A program made the position numbers and the translations under genes. Source: Felis catus (taxonomy: Eukaryota). From it: a stretch of DNA of 64,000 bases. The DNA lies in the NCBI RefSeq assembly GCF_018350175.1, contig NC_058383.1, positions 20,958,001 through 21,022,000 on the forward strand, written 5' to 3'. Under the pieces are notes generated by a model. That model was not told where the DNA came from, searched no databases, and worked only from the letters and a program-made list of their open reading frames with translations. The stretch's first letter is position 1. Every line of letters begins with the position of its first letter. Of this stretch, positions 1 through 13,997 are shown one piece after another.

Positions 1-629
1 TCATGCATTTCCTATTGTTTTGTGGCAAAGTTGCAAGGGTCAGCCTAAGAGATGGCATATCAATGCGGCCCACCAAATGAGTCCGTCGAGATGAGAATAT
101 CAATTTATTGGAGCAGACGTACGTCAACAGAATTCATACCATGTAAAAAGTTAGCTGATGTAAACTGCCTCCAAAAAACACTACCTATTTGGCAGTTTCT
201 CTAAGGCTCATCTGGAGCCCAGGATCTGGGGGCGGACTGGAGGACGCGGGGGGACAGGGGAGGGTATGAGGGAATCAGGAAAGTAGCGTGGGAGACTACC
301 ATATTGGTTTTAGAATATTTGTCTTCAAGACACAAATTTCAAAATCGGAAAGCCTGATCCGGTTGCTAGGGCTGAAACTTACTCCCTGGATGGAAGGGTG
401 GGCAGAACGTGTCTCGTGACACCCCGTAAGGGGTTCTGCAATGTTTCTCCCCCAATCTTGGGTCAGGAGAGGCCACCAAAAATGCAGTTTGATTAAGCTG
501 TGCCTTTGTAACCATTATGAAAAGGTTTATCCTTCCAAGGTAGACTCTAACAAAATTGCATGCTCACTGTTGGACAGCAAAGAGAGAAACGCAAATCTTC
601 CAGAAGTCCCAAGCAAGTCCTCTGATTTG

Positions 630-1323
630 CATATGATATAAGGAAGCATCTGTATTTTCCCAAAGGCTTGCACTTGCCTGACCTGAAGCCCCTGTCGATA
701 CAGCAATGTGCCTTAAAGGGCTTACTCAGTGTGCTTGGGGAGCCCAAACCCCATACCTTCCAAAGAAAGGACTGACCCTTGACCATGTCCTAGGAGATGA
801 ACTCTGAGCCCTTGGATTATCCTCCATAATCAGAGTGTCTCTGCACACCTGAGACACTGGGCCATGGTGACTAGACTGTGCTAACATGGTGATTTAGAGT
901 GAGCAGCTGTTTTTGTCGGCCTGGGGCCCCAGGGGCATGCTACATCAGTTTGACTTCTGGAACGGGGAGGGGGTGGGATGAACCTGGAGACCAAGTTGCT
1001 AAGGTCAATCCACAGAGGAACTCCATGCCTCCACGACTGCCCCCCAGGACGATTCCTGGACATCAACCCTCGGGGAGTTTCCCTGGGTGGCAATACTCAT
1101 CACGTCTGTCACACATCATTGCCGGGACAAAGAGCGCTGCCTGTGCTAACCCCAAACTTGGGTCCCGTGTCTCCTGGACTCTGCCCTCCGTGTGTTCTCC
1201 CTTTGCTGATTTTCACCGTAATGAACCACAACCGTGAGTATAACAGCTTCTCTGAGTTCTGTGAGTCTTTCTAGCAAATCATCAAATCTAAAGGTGGTTT
1301 TGGAGACCCCCCCCCCAACCACA
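630..1323 (+). mobile_element. MER21-like solo LTR
   Basis: 3' end ctgagttctgtgagtctttctagcaaatcatcaaatctaaaggtggttttggagacccc...aca resembles MER21-group LTRs; 5' boundary uncertain. Confidence 0.6.
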
Positions 1324-2859
1324 CAAGGAGGGAGGGAGGGAAGAGAGAAGGCAGAGGGAGGGAGGGAAGGGAGGAGGGTAGGAAGGATGGAGGAAAAGAG
1401 GGATAGGAATAAAATGAAACAAGAAGAAAACCCAAGGAGTTGCTCCAATACCAAATTTCTTACTGTCTGAGCTCCAAGTAATAACAGGAAAGAAAATGCC
1501 TTGTATACAAGAGCCCTGAAAGACACGGAAAATAGATAAAAATCAGAGGCTGCCTGTGCAGCAGTCGGGGAACAATTTCACCACTCCACCATCGAGATTG
1601 CTTTGTCTGACTGTCTCCCCGGTACGGCCACTAACCTCCACCTTTGGGAGGTAGCAACTATGCCCTTTTGATGAAAACATTCCGTTTCAGAAATAAAATA
1701 AAACTTTGAGAAGTGATCGGGAAGAGACTCAAACAGATGACGGCGTTAAATAATGCCTTTTTGTGGTCAGACAAGAAGGTAACACGGACCGATGCCTGGT
1801 TCTACGCCACCGATGGAGAACAGCGAGCGTCTAAGGCTCTGGCCAGGCTGAGGGCATGTGTTCCCATGCCTGCACCTGATGCTAGAAACTCAGGGCTCCG
1901 TCCACACTCTCACCCTTCTCAATTCATTGAAAACCACTTCAAGCAAAAATCATTTGAAAGAAATTACCTCTGTGTATTACCCCATGAGCAGTGAAAAATG
2001 TCCCACACGAGGCTCGGTGGTCCCGAAGCAATAAAATTTTTGCTGAAGTGCAAGATGTAATAACTCAGGGAAAAGAAGTCCCCATGACAACAAGAGAACC
2101 AAAAAGAAATGAGTGAGAACCGAAGGCTTCGGGTCTCTTACAATACAAGGCGTCACTAATTTGTGCTTGGAAATCTGTCTTTGCGGTTGAAATCGCAGAA
2201 GGTAACTTCCTCCCTTATTGCTTCTCTGCCTGCCCAGGTGGCATTGGGAAACCTAGGGACAATTCACCAGAGGGGGGCGGGGGGCGGGGGTGGGGGAACG
2301 CAGTCACTCGGGTGAACTTGAATCTATGCCGTGCTTTCTCCATCTCCTGAATGAGAACAATGCAGATGTGCTATGGGGTTCATCTCGGAGGGTTCGATAT
2401 GCATACATAATACAGCCACCACGGCCAATGCAAGAAACCACCGGGTTTTCACCCCGGCAGGTGTCTGGGGTCGTTTTCCAAGCACCACATCCCATTTCTT
2501 GTTTCAGGAAGGAACTCCTACTTCCCTTCCAGAATCCCTCAGGGTTTGCCACTCCCAGCCTGGCTCCTCAGTGGGGCCCCACCTCTCCAGACTCCTCCTC
2601 GATGCCCGCACAAACATCCAGCCGAAAACTTTTTAAGCTGGAGGCTCTTCTGGAATCTGGGCTCCTACAAACACTTCGCCCCCTGGGTCTCTGATCCTTT
2701 GTTCCTAAATAAAGCCCAGAGGGCCTTTATCAATTCCCAATAATACCTTCCGAACTGAAGGCCTCGCTTGCCAGATCATCATCATAGTAAGAAACAGCTT
2801 TACCTCTTCAGTGTCTCCCGAGGGTCTGCCAATCAAGCAAGGCGCGCATCGGTGAATTT

Positions 2860-3010
2860 ATCTTCTTTACCCCAATCAGCATCCCTATGGCAAAGGCATT
2901 CTACTTTCCCCTTTGCAAGATGAAGTAAAGTTCAGAGAGATCAAGCAATTACGCCCAAGGTCACACAGCTAGAATGTGGCAGACCAGAGATTCGAGCTGG
3001 GGTCAGAACG
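2860..3010 (-). mobile_element. MIR fragment
   Basis: MIR core gatgaagtaaagttcagagagatcaagcaattacgcccaaggtcacacagcta. Confidence 0.7.
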
Positions 3011-3554
3011 ACTCTAAAACCTGAATATAAACCTACTGAAAATCCAATCACAACAGAAGAGCAGGTTAGCGTCGGGTGACAAGTCCCATGAGGTGTATAA
3101 CGCCTCTTTCCAGGGTCTCCACACTCGGCCAGACCTCCACCCTACCCTTCCAGCGCACCCCAGCATTTCCACCAGGTCTGGAACGACCAAGTCGTAAATT
3201 CTGACTTTTATCACCTTCAAGCGTGCGCACGGGTGGATGTGTGCGCACATGTGGTTCTACCCGGCTTTTGTCTTCCATAAAACACTTGAATGATCAGCCA
3301 CCCTCGAAGCCACCCGTAATTCTAGTCATGAGGTGCACCAACTGGCATAATTCAGCTTTGAAAGGGCTCCCTCTAAACGGATTAAGTATGATTGAACGAT
3401 GCCGGTTCTCCCCGGGTGGAAATGGGGTGGAGGTGGGCGGGGCCGTTCAGGAAGGTTCGGTTAACTCTTTCCAAGCGCCTGTTTGATTCCCGAGGATTTT
3501 CTCCGCCCTGGAAGAACTCAGGTCAGCATCCTCAATCAGAAACAACACAGTATT

Positions 3555-3760
3555 GGGGCGCCTGGGTGGTGCAGTGGGTTAAGCACCTGATTCTTGACCT
3601 TGGCTCAGGTCATGATCTCACGGTTGGTGGGTTCGAACCCCACTTCAGGCCCCGTGCTGACAGCATGGAGCCTGCTTGGGATTCTCTCTCTCCCTCTCTC
3701 TCTCTCTGTCCCTCCCTTGCTCACTCTCTCTCTCAAAATACATAAATAAACTTTAAAAAA
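3555..3760 (+). mobile_element. Can-SINE
   Basis: ggggcgcctgggtgg head, (CT)n, A tail; outer TSD gaaacaacacagyat encloses this and the next SINE. Confidence 0.92.
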
Positions 3761-3765
3761 CAGAA

Positions 3766-3994
3766 GGGCGCCTGGGTGGTTCAGTCAGTTAAGCGTCCAA
3801 CTTCGGCCCAGGTCATGATCTCGAGTTTCACGAGTTCAAGCCCCACATCAGGCTCTGGGCTGACAGCTCGGAGCCTGGAGCCTGCTTCGGATTCTGTCTC
3901 CTTCTCTCTCTGCCCCTCCCCCACTTGTGCTCTGTCTCTCTCTCTCTCTCTCTGTCTCTCTCTCAAAAAACAAAAACAAAAGAAAAACAAAAAA
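3766..3994 (+). mobile_element. Can-SINE (in tail of previous)
   Basis: tRNA-like head, (CT)n, A-rich tail. Confidence 0.92.
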
Positions 3995-4098
3995 GGAAAC
4001 AACACAGCATCGGTATCGGACAAGAGAGGTATTGTTCTGATGGCCCTTTTTCTAAAGTATCTTAGACGCCTGCTAATCTTTACTTTTTTTTACTACCT

Positions 4099-4314
4099 AT
4101 TTTTTTTTAATTTTTTTAATGTTTATTTTTGAGACAGGGAGAGACAGCATGAATGGGGGAGGGTCAGAGAGAGAGGGAGACACAGAATCGGAAGCAGGCT
4201 CCAGGCTCTGAGCTGTCAGCACAGAGCCCGACGCGGGGCTCGAACCCACAGACCGCAAGATCATGACCCGAGCCGAAGTCGGACGCTTAACTGACTGAGC
4301 CACCCAGGCGCCCC
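4099..4314 (-). mobile_element. Can-SINE (felid type)
   Basis: Reverse head ...ccacccaggcgcccc; TSD ttactacctattttt. Confidence 0.95.
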
Positions 4315-4595
4315 TTACTACCTATTTTTAATTGAAGTCACACTCACATGGTTTTAAAACAAGAGAAGTTCGCAGTGTAGAGGGTCTACACTACATGCCG
4401 CTCTGCACCCATTTTCCTCAACAGCAGCACGTCCCTGAGACTGCTTCACGCCTGTGCGTATAATGCCGTCTCATTCTTTTTAATAACTGCACTGTGTCCC
4501 TTCTGTAGATATGCTACAGTTTACTTAACCCAGCCTCACTGTGATGTACAGTTAGGTAACTTCCAATATTCTGCCATTAAAAATAAAACAGAACT

Positions 4596-4815
4596 GGGGT
4601 ACCCGGGTGACTCAGTTGAGCGTCGGGTTCTTGATTTCGGCTCAGATCATGATCCCGGGGGTGTGGGATCGAGCTCCATGCTGGGCGTGGAGCCTGCTTA
4701 CAATTCTCATTCTCTCTCTCTCTCTCTCTCTCTCTGTCTGCTCCTTCCCACTCACCCACACCCTCTCCCCCACCCCCACAATAAAAAATAAAAATAAATT
4801 AAAGCTAAAAAAATA
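4596..4815 (+). mobile_element. Can-SINE, diverged
   Basis: Head, (CT)n, A tail. Confidence 0.88.
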
Positions 4816-5692
4816 AAAACGAACGCGTATGCGTGTTTCACTGTGCAAATGAGGTTTCTGTAAACTGAACACAGGATAGTCTCACTTTCAGTGTGGATAC
4901 ACGCCTGCCCGTACAGAAATGGTACTCTCCGACCCGGAAAGAAGGACCCCAGATGAGAAATGTAAGCGCACCTACGGACAGCGTGAGCATCTGAAATGAA
5001 ACCTGTCCTGAAAACTGTACCACGTCTGCTCACGGTGTCTGTACTCCTTCCGAGTGGCAGGATCCGTGGCCACAGACAATGCAGAGATATACAGGATCCG
5101 GAAAGCACGGAGCAGTGTTAAAATACGCGTTTCTTCTTGGCGGCATCCGTGCAAACTAGAAATGATAAACGCCACCTGTAAGGCGTGTTGCATGGGGCAT
5201 TAACATAATACACTTTAGACGCAACAGCAATCTTCAGTCATAGATCAGACCGATCGCTGCCAAAAACATTTCTCCCCTCGCGGTCAAGTGACACCGTGAA
5301 TCTTACCCGCGCTTGAGATTCTAAGTTAACTCAAAAGAATGTGGTGTCTGCGTGTTGAGGGCAGGGAGAACTGGGCATCCCCAGACACAGCTGGCCAGAG
5401 TGTAAATATTTATAGAAGCTTCCAGGAGGGAAATTTAGCAGTGAGTACGAAAAGCCTGAAAATCATGCTCACTGCTCACCTTCTGACCCGATGATGACGT
5501 GCTCGTGTATACCCGGGAAATGACCCCGAGTGTGTGTGCGTATCTGTGTATGCGTTCTGTATCCATTTGTTGACTGCAGTGTGGAATAAGGAAACAGAAA
5601 CTATGTGGCATCACTTAAATACACATAATACACCCAAACCATACCAGGAACTATACAGTTAATAAAATTCATGTAGTAAAAAAATGGTTTTA

Positions 5693-5902
5693 GGGGCACG
5701 TGGGTGGCTCAGTCGGTTAAGCGTCCGACTTCGGCTCGGGTCATGATCTCACGGTTTGTGAGTTCGAGCCCCGCGTCGGGCTCTGTGCCGACAGCTCAGA
5801 GCCTGGAGCCTGTTTCAGATTCTGTGTCTCCCTCTCTCTGACCCTCCCCTGTTCATGCTCTGTCTCTCCCTGTCTCAAAAATAAATAAAACGTTAAAAAA
5901 AA
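5693..5902 (+). mobile_element. Can-SINE (felid type)
   Basis: Near-consensus head and body. Confidence 0.95.
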
Positions 5903-6543
5903 TGCATGTGTGTTCCTACTAGATTATACAAAATGTATTTCTTACTGCAGGATACAGTGGGGGAAAAAAAGAAAAAAATTGAAAGCCACTGTGGTAATGG
6001 CATCTTCAGTGGCATCGTAATACATCAACACTCTATGTTTAGGCAGAAAAAAAAAGAAACAGGTTAAAAATTATATAGTATGATCCCAAGTTTGAGATAA
6101 TACCGATAATCAAATATATACGCATATAAGTGCACAGAAAAGCAACAATATCCGTACGTACAGACATTGTGGCCGATGCAAGAAACCACAGGATTTGGGG
6201 AGAATGTAATTTTTCCCCATGCGCTTCTGGTATTTCCGAAATTCCCTATGATGAACAAGTATCGTGTTATAGGCAGAGGAAAAAAAAAATAACAAAGGCT
6301 ACTTTGCAAAAGTGTGTTTGCGGTAAGTAAACCACAACCTTCGGGTGGCTCCTACGAGCCAGCCACAGGTGACAGAACGTGCAAATGAGACGGCCAGACA
6401 ACTGTTCGGGCCTCTGATGCACTCCTGGGAAAACCCATCTTTGAGAAATGCTGCATACCAACGCACAGGGGGCAAGCGGGGGTGTGGCCTGGAAAAGGTG
6501 CAGGAAAAATAAGAGAGTGGCTGTTCAGAATTTAAAGTATCGT

Positions 6544-6735
6544 GGGGGCACTTGGATGGCTCCGTCGGTTAAGCATCCAACTCTTGATTCTGGCTCAGGT
6601 CGTGATCTCACGGTTTATGAGTTCAAGCCCCGCGTCTGGCTCTGTACCGACAGCTTGGAGCCTGCTTGGGATTCTCTCTCTCTCCCTCTCCCTCTGCCCC
6701 TCCCCCATTCTCTCTTTCAAAATAAATAAGCAAAC
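6544..6735 (+). mobile_element. Can-SINE
   Basis: Head, (CT)n, aaataaataa tail. Confidence 0.9.
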
Positions 6736-7413
6736 AATTTCTCAAAAGTACTGTGTATCCTGGTGTAACGTGTTCCTAGAAAAAAGGAAGGAGGGGAAGT
6801 CGGGGGGTGAAAAGTGAAAGACAGAGAGGGAGCGGAAAAAAATAAAAGGAGAAGAAAAATAAAAAGGAAAAAAGTACCAAAAAAATACCTGATTCCAAAC
6901 ATAAATAAATCTAACGAAGCTTCCGTATTATGACCACAGGTCTCAGCCACCAAATAATCCTTCTGGGGTTATTAAATTTTAAAACGCCCAAGTACTCAAT
7001 AAACGTTGTTTTAACTCATAATGAGTTAATGAAGCAGCCAGTGACCTGACCTCTTTTAAAATTAGATAAGGAGTTTTGCAAGCAGGCCTACTTCCGGCCC
7101 GGATGGTGACTTCACTGTTGAGAAAACATAGCTACATTAAAAGAATAAATAAGGATGAGGGACCAGCTTTAGTATGAAAACACAGCCATTAGTGACTTCG
7201 TTTCATCTACTGCTTTGCCCCAGCGGTGCCCCAGGGTGGCACCCTCAAACTGCTCACTAGAAATGGCAGCTTTTCTGGGTGAAGCCCGTTCCTTCATTTT
7301 CCAGATCGTTCTCAGGTGTAGACATGATCCCATCCTCCAAATGTCTACATTCTGGTTTGTGGGATATGATGGCAGGATTTCTAAGTAGTAGGTGATTTAG
7401 AAGTATGATCGCT

Positions 7414-7574
7414 GGGGCCCCCCGGGTGGCTCAGGCAGGTTCAGCGTTGGACTCTCCATCTCAGCTCAGGTCATGATCGCACAGTTTGTGGGTTCAAGCC
7501 CCGCACTGGGCTCTGCGCCGACAGAGCAGGGCCTGCTTGGGAATTCTCTCTCCCTCTCTCTCTGCCTCTCCCAC

Positions 7575-7620
<46 letters not shown>

Positions 7621-7640
7621 TAAATAAACTTAAAAAAAAA
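7414..7640 (+). mobile_element. Can-SINE
   Basis: TSD aagtatgatcg; long (CT)n. Confidence 0.9.
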
Positions 7641-7883
7641 AGGACGTGTAAAGTATGATCGGATGCTCGTGGATGAGAACAGGTTCAAAACCACCCTTCC
7701 TGTGGCCCCGCAGACAAGACAAAAGTAACCAAATATGAAGAACAATGGGAGACGAGTGTGCTAACTCAGGGGAAGTCAAATCACTTCTGAGCCAAAGGAA
7801 AAAAAGCAGTGGAGCTTCACTGGTTGTATTTTAGGAAAAAGAAGTATGAGAGTGTTACCAGGTTGATGGACAGACCCATCCAT

Positions 7884-8010
7884 CGGGCTCTGTGCTCACA
7901 GCTCAGAGCCTGGAGCCTGCTTCCGATTGTGTCTCCCCCTCTCTCTGCCCCTCCCCTGCTCCTGCTCTGTCTCTCTTGCTCTCAAAAATAAATAAAACAT
8001 TAAAAAAAGT
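7884..8010 (+). mobile_element. Can-SINE, 5'-truncated
   Basis: Starts at cgggctctgtgct; 3' half and tail present. Confidence 0.88.
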
Positions 8011-8184
8011 TTTTTTTTAAACAACAACTACCAAAAGCATTTGGATCAACTTGTCTATAATCATAGATAAGTGACTTCTCACGTTTTAAAAAATGTCTAC
8101 ATCATCTTCTTTGCTTTATTGGTATTTGTTTTCCAGAGCTTTGCATGTAGATCTCATTTAGGCCTTAGAACTATCCTCTGAACA

Positions 8185-8403
8185 GGGGCACCCGGGTGGC
8201 TCAGTCGGCTGAGCATCCGACTTTGGGTCAGGTCATGATCTCGCGGTCTGTGAGTTCGAGCCCCACGTCGGGCTCTGTGCTGACTGACAGCTCGGAGCCT
8301 GGAGCCTGCTTCGGATTCTGTGTCTCCCTCTCTCTCTGACCCTCCCCCGTTCATGCTCTGTCTCTCTCTGTCTCAAAAATAAACAAACATTAAAAAAAAA
8401 AAA
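8185..8403 (+). mobile_element. Can-SINE (felid type)
   Basis: TSD agaactatcctmtgaa. Confidence 0.95.
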
Positions 8404-9248
8404 GAACTATCCTATGAAGGAGCACTGCTGATATACCCATTTGACAGACGAGGAAACTGAGTCCTAAACCAGTTCAATACCTCATTCGAGGCCCAGAGCC
8501 AACAGGTCGTGCAGCCAACACTCATAGCCAAGCAGTTGTCCCTAGAGCCTGTGCTACCCTACTTCCCCCTATTCACAAGGCAGTCTACACGTCTGGCAGA
8601 CGGCAAGTTATTCTTTCTTCCAAAAGCCGGCGGAGATAGCTTATTGAAACGCCGTGACCTTCGCGGAGTCACTCGACACCCATATGTCCTTGCAGGGTTT
8701 GTCTGAGAGACCAAGGTAATTTCCCACAAGGCCAGCTTCATTCCTGATGAGCTACAAAAGCAAAGCAAAATGAGACAAAAGGAAAAGATCACGAGGAGTG
8801 CTTTGGGCACACCGGGTATTGGAGATACACAAATAAAATGGTTTTAATAAAGGAATCGCAAGGAAGAACGGATCGTCAGCGGGAACCTTTGGTAGACCAG
8901 ATAACCCTCGTCACGGAGCGTCAGACACACAAAGAAAGATGTGCTCCGGGTTCTGGGTTTTGTGCTCTCCAAGATCTCACGGAGGCCTGCAGAGTTGAAT
9001 GAAAACAACTCACACTGTAAGGTGCACAGTTAGCCGGTTAACTTCAGGGTGGAGGTGGCCGGTTAGTTTTATTTTCCCAAGAAGGCTGGTTATGTCATCC
9101 CACTTCCAACAGAGTCCCCATCAGGAAGCTGTCTCATGAACTGGAGTTTCCCGGAAGGACCAGACTGCCAAACCACCATTTCATTCTAATTCCGTTAGAA
9201 TTAAATACAACTGGGTATTTAAAAAAAAAGAAAGAAAACGTGGTCACA

Positions 9249-9460
9249 GGGGCTCCTGGGTGGCTCAGTCGGTTGAGCATTTGACTTACGCGCAGGTCGT
9301 GATCTCACGGTTCGTGGGTTCGAGCCCCACATCGGGCTATGCGCTGACAGTGTGGAACCTGCCTGGGATTCTCTCTCCCTCTCTCTCTGCCTCTCCCCCC
9401 ACTTGCGCTCTCTCTCTTTCTCTCTTGCTCTCAAAACACATAAAACTTAAAAAAAAAAAA
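9249..9460 (+). mobile_element. Can-SINE
   Basis: TSD acgtggtcaca. Confidence 0.92.
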
Positions 9461-10549
9461 AGACACGTGGTCACAAATAACCAAAGGGATGCATGGAAGT
9501 CTCCCCAGCCTTTCTTCCAGCTTGAGGTTTCTTGCAAGAGAAGGCAACTCTCGGTATAAACCTGCATTTGATTCATAAAACAAACACACACAGTCCTTGT
9601 TGAGGAAAAAAGAAGACTAAAGAAACCAATGCATACGAAACAGAAAGAAAAAAGAGAGAGAGAGAGAGAAGAGGTTCCAGGACAAAGCCCGAGGCAGAAA
9701 ATATACAGTGCCCTAACCCTCCTCCTGTCCGTCCTCACGATGCGATTCTCTTCCTCCCTTGTGCTGTACTCTTCCACAGAGCACCATCCCGCGTAGACGC
9801 CCACACGCCACGTCACACAGAACCCAACAGACGTCACCGTAAAGCAAGAGGGGCAATGGCCAGACGACAGCCGCCCGAGGGTGGTCTGCACAAAAATACC
9901 CTCTGATGGGCTTTGGCAGTCAGCGCAGCGGCCAACTGGCCCCGGCCCTCGTGGGGGCACGCTTCCGCCACGTGAGTCCGGTGGGCCGGGAGTGTTAATC
10001 CACTTGGATGCGAGTCGTGAAAAATACTGCTATGGGAGGAAGAAGAGCGTCTCGTGGCCATGCCGGCACGTGCCATCGGGGGGAAGAAAGCCATACAGAC
10101 GCACGTACACACATACAGGCAGACAGACAGACAGGGTAAGGCTCGCTCCTATAAGGTAGTAATTCAAGGCAACCTTCAATCCAGAACATGTGAGCGTGCC
10201 CAGAGACCCTCAAGGTCGGACAGCAGTCACAGCCCCCAACCCCCATCAGCCCGCCCTGCAGACACCCCGAAAGAGAAGGATCGGGCCATCTCACCATTGG
10301 ACGTTTATGAACCATTTTTTCTCTCTCCTCCAAGCCTCTGCCAACTCTATTCCTTACACCCCGACACTCTGCCCTGACCACCCGCCCTTACCTAAGTGAC
10401 TAACCCACGGGGTCCCTCACTTCTTGGCTTCAGTGTCACCTCTCTTGGAACCTCTCTCCTTCTATTCACCGTTAGACTCCGGGTCTACAACAGTGCCTGG
10501 CCCAGAGTGGTTAGTTACTGAACAGGTTCTTTTAAAGAAGTAAATGTGT

Positions 10550-10757
10550 GGGAGCGCCCGGGTGGCTCAGTCGGCTGGGTCGGACCTTCGGCTTAGGTCA
10601 GGATCTCGCGGTTCACGAGTTCGAGCCCCGTGTCGGGCTCTGTGCCGACGGCTCGCAGCCTGCCCCGGATTCTGTGTCTCCTTCTCTCTCTGCACACCCC
10701 ACCCCACCCCCCCCACCCCCCGCCATGCTCTGTCTCTCGGAAATAAATAAATAAATA
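10550..10757 (+). mobile_element. Can-SINE
   Basis: Head, body, (taaa)n tail. Confidence 0.9.
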
Positions 10758-11646
10758 ATCAGTAAATAAAACCTTTACAAAAACTTTTGCACGAACAAAC
10801 GGATGACGTAATAAAATAAAGAAGACTCCTTCGTGGCCCAAATCCACCGTGGCCTTCTGGAAGGAATTTTCTCCCCAACGAAAGGCAAGGGCTGCCTGAA
10901 GAAAAGCCCTTTCGTCACTCTTTCCTCTCCTCTCCTGGCTCTTTTTTTTGCAAGAATCTGAGGCCTGCAGCTGCAGCTGTCATTTTCAGATCACGGGGCA
11001 TCGGGCATACTTCAAACTCCACCAGGCACGGCAGAGTGGGAGAGCAGAAACCGCCTGAATGTTTAATACGCGGGCAAATTGCTCGATCGGCCCCAGGACC
11101 ACCTGTCTGGGTCTCCCGCTAAGTAAAATCTAAATACCCCGAGTCACTGTTCATTAGGCTCTCTCTTGCTTACAGCCCAAAGCGTGCAAACGGACCCATT
11201 CCACACTTATTAACCTAAATTGTGATTGGCATTTGCTTGTCTGTCTTCCCACCCAGACACACGAATAAAAGGGCCTCGTTATTCGCCGTATAAAAGTGCC
11301 TTGTGCCGTGTGATTCACTGGCACCGGTGGGGTCTGGCTAAGGATGGGATTGCCTGACACGCGTTAAATCCGCAACTCATCCTCCTCACTGCGGCCTCCC
11401 CAAGTTCCTAAGGGCCACAACTCAACGCTGACCCGTTTCTATCCGAACTTTTAAAGATGTCTCTGACGCTGGGTCTGGCGTCTCCCAGCTCTGGGAATGC
11501 TAAGACGCATCTCTTTCTCAAAAGAGTTGGGAAAAACCCAACTCTTTCGCAAGCTTTATCTGAATCAGATGGCCATTGTTCAGCCTTCTCTTTAGATCCC
11601 TGAGTGACCACGCGGCTGACCACTCCTTCTTTTTTAAAGCACTGAC

Positions 11647-11905
11647 GGGGCGCCTGGGTGGCTCGGTCGGTTAAGCGTCCGTCCGACTTCGGCTCAGGTC
11701 ATGATCTCACGGTCCGTGAGTTCAAGCCCCGCGTCGGGCTCTGGGCTGACAGCTCAGAGCCTGGAGCCTGTTTCAGATTCTGTGTCTCCCTCTCTCTCTG
11801 CTCCTCCCCTGTTCATGCTCTGTCTCTCTGTCTCAAAAATAAATAAACGTTAAAAAAAATTTTAAAAAATTAAAAAAAAGTTAAGAAAAATAAAAAAAAT
11901 AAAAA
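11647..11905 (+). mobile_element. Can-SINE (felid type)
   Basis: TSD taaagcactsac. Confidence 0.95.
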
Positions 11906-12004
11906 TAAAGCACTCACTGCCCCTAGAACTGCACTTCTGTTTTCTTACTGTCCATCTTTGTTTCCTTTCCAACCTCAACGTGCCGTACGCTTCACCCAAT
12001 TTCA

Positions 12005-12216
12005 TTCTTTTTTAATTTTTTTATTCATTTTTGAGAACAGAGAGAGACAGAGTGCGAGCCGGGGAGGGGCAGAGAGAGGGAGACACAGAATCGGAAGCAG
12101 GCTCCGGGCTCCGAGCTGTCAGCACAGAGCCCGACGTGGGGCTCGAACCCAGGAACCAGGAGATCGTGACCTGAGCCGAAGTCGGACGCTTCACCGACTG
12201 AGCCACCCAGGTGCCC
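12005..12216 (-). mobile_element. Can-SINE (felid type)
   Basis: TSD cttcacccaattt. Confidence 0.95.
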
Positions 12217-12289
12217 TCTCTTCACCCAATTTTAAAGCCCGATCCTGAGCCTTCTTCCCTCGGCAGCATAGATTTGCTGCCTGTGCAAG

Positions 12290-12470
12290 ATCATCCTTGA
12301 CCATGGCTTCCATCATCACCTGTATGTTGGTGACTCCCAAGGTCTCTCCAGCCACATCGTCTCCCTGGAGCTCAGATGCGTATATTCAACCACCTGCTTG
12401 ATATCTACACAGAGATGTCTCTGAACCACCTCAAGTACAACAATTTTGAAAAATGACCTCATTATCTTCC
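12290..12470 (+). mobile_element. L2 fragment (probably resumes at about 13330-13960)
   Basis: tgactcccaaggtctctccagcc...ctgcttgatatctac...attatcttccc resembles the L2 3' region. Confidence 0.6.
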
Positions 12471-12541
12471 CGGATTGATCAGGCAGGTGTCAGATGAAGG
12501 GATCAGAAACTTGCCGCAAGCTGGTTTAAAACAGCAAGGGA

Positions 12542-12768
12542 GGGGCGCCTGGGTGGCGCCATCAGTTAAGCGTCCGACTTCAGCCAGGTCACGATCTCGC
12601 GGTCCGTGAGTTCGAGCCCCGCGTCGGGCTCTGGGCTGATGGCTCGGAGCCTGGAGCCTGTTTCCGATTCTGTGTCTCCCTCTCTCTCTGCCCCTCCCCC
12701 GTTCATGCTCTGTCTCTCTCTGTCCCAAAAATAAATAAAAACGTTGAAAAAAAATTAAAAAAAAAAAT
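12542..12768 (+). mobile_element. Young felid Can-SINE
   Basis: TSD aaaacagcaaggga; CpGs intact. Confidence 0.96.
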
Positions 12769-13997
12769 AAAACAGCAAGGGAAACGTACCGGCTCTGGTA
12801 ACTAGAACTCTTTTGGACCGAGCTGGCCTCGGGCATGCCTGGGTTCAGGAATTTCAACAGCAAAATAAGGTCTCTCTCTCCATCTCTCATCTCTGTCTCC
12901 ACCTCACTTTTCTTCTCTCCCCCTGCAAACCCACCTTCTCCACAGGCAGGAAATGTGACCGGAAGCATCCGTCACGCTCCTTCCTGCTCGTTTCGAGGCT
13001 CCCAAGGCGAATCTCCTTCGCCCTCACTGCCAGGCTCCCATGAAAAGGGATCTCGCTGTGTAAGACGTGGTCACTTAGCCGATGCCTGTACCGTAACCAG
13101 GTACAATGTGGTAAAGCCAGGGGAGCCGGGTTTTCTGAAGGGAAATCCAACCCCAAGCCATATGATTGCACTCACAGTTCTTCCAAGAGAGAGGGCCCGG
13201 GGTATGCCGGCCAGATTAACTGGACAGAGCTTCTCGTGGTCACTGACTCGGTGGGCAGAGTCGTTATTCTCCCACGAGATCTCACAAACCGGAAACCTAG
13301 GAGCTCGAGCGGACTTCCGAGCTCCCTCATATTCCCCAAACGTAAGCCAACACAGTATCCTTTCAGTTGTATCTCCCACATATCATCCAACCTCGTCTGG
13401 TTCTTTCCATCTTCGCCACCACCTCCCTGGTCTAAGGCACTGGGCATTTTTTTTTCCCTAGAGTCTGTATGGACCTACACCCCTATCCTTCCAACCCCTT
13501 TCCCTACATGGCAACCAGACTGATCACTTCTAAGTATGAAGCTGGCCATGTCAGCTCTCTGTCAAAGCCAATGAACAGTCCTCTGTTTCTCCCAGGAAAA
13601 AGCCCCAAGTCTTTAACGTGTCCTCCAAGTCCCGGCAGAGCTGTCCCTTCCGACTTCACTCTAAGCGATGCCATGTGGATAGATCAGCGCTCCCGCCATT
13701 TGTTCAAAGCGAACTCCAAGTTACGTTCTCCTGCAGTGCGGGGGACTGTCCCTTCATAGCGCTCCTTACGCTTTCTTGATTCACCGTTTAACTTTCTTGA
13801 TTCACCGTTGTTGGGTTAGATCTTTCTTTTCCACTGGGAGGCAAATCCCACAAGAGCAAGAATCAACTATTTTTATTTACCCGTGTCTCCCCCACCCCAA
13901 GCACAGTGCCTGGCACATGGGCAGGCCATCCAAATGGACTGAGAAATCAATGTCTGAGTAATTTCTGGAAAACACAGAGATCAAAAGTACAGATTCT

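Noticed and set aside
4966..4984. RE1-like gcgcacctacggacagcg
   Set aside because: 3-nt spacer and mismatched left half; non-canonical
13771..13809. 18-bp direct duplication ctttcttgattcaccgtt
   Set aside because: Ordinary slippage duplication within degenerate repeat sequence
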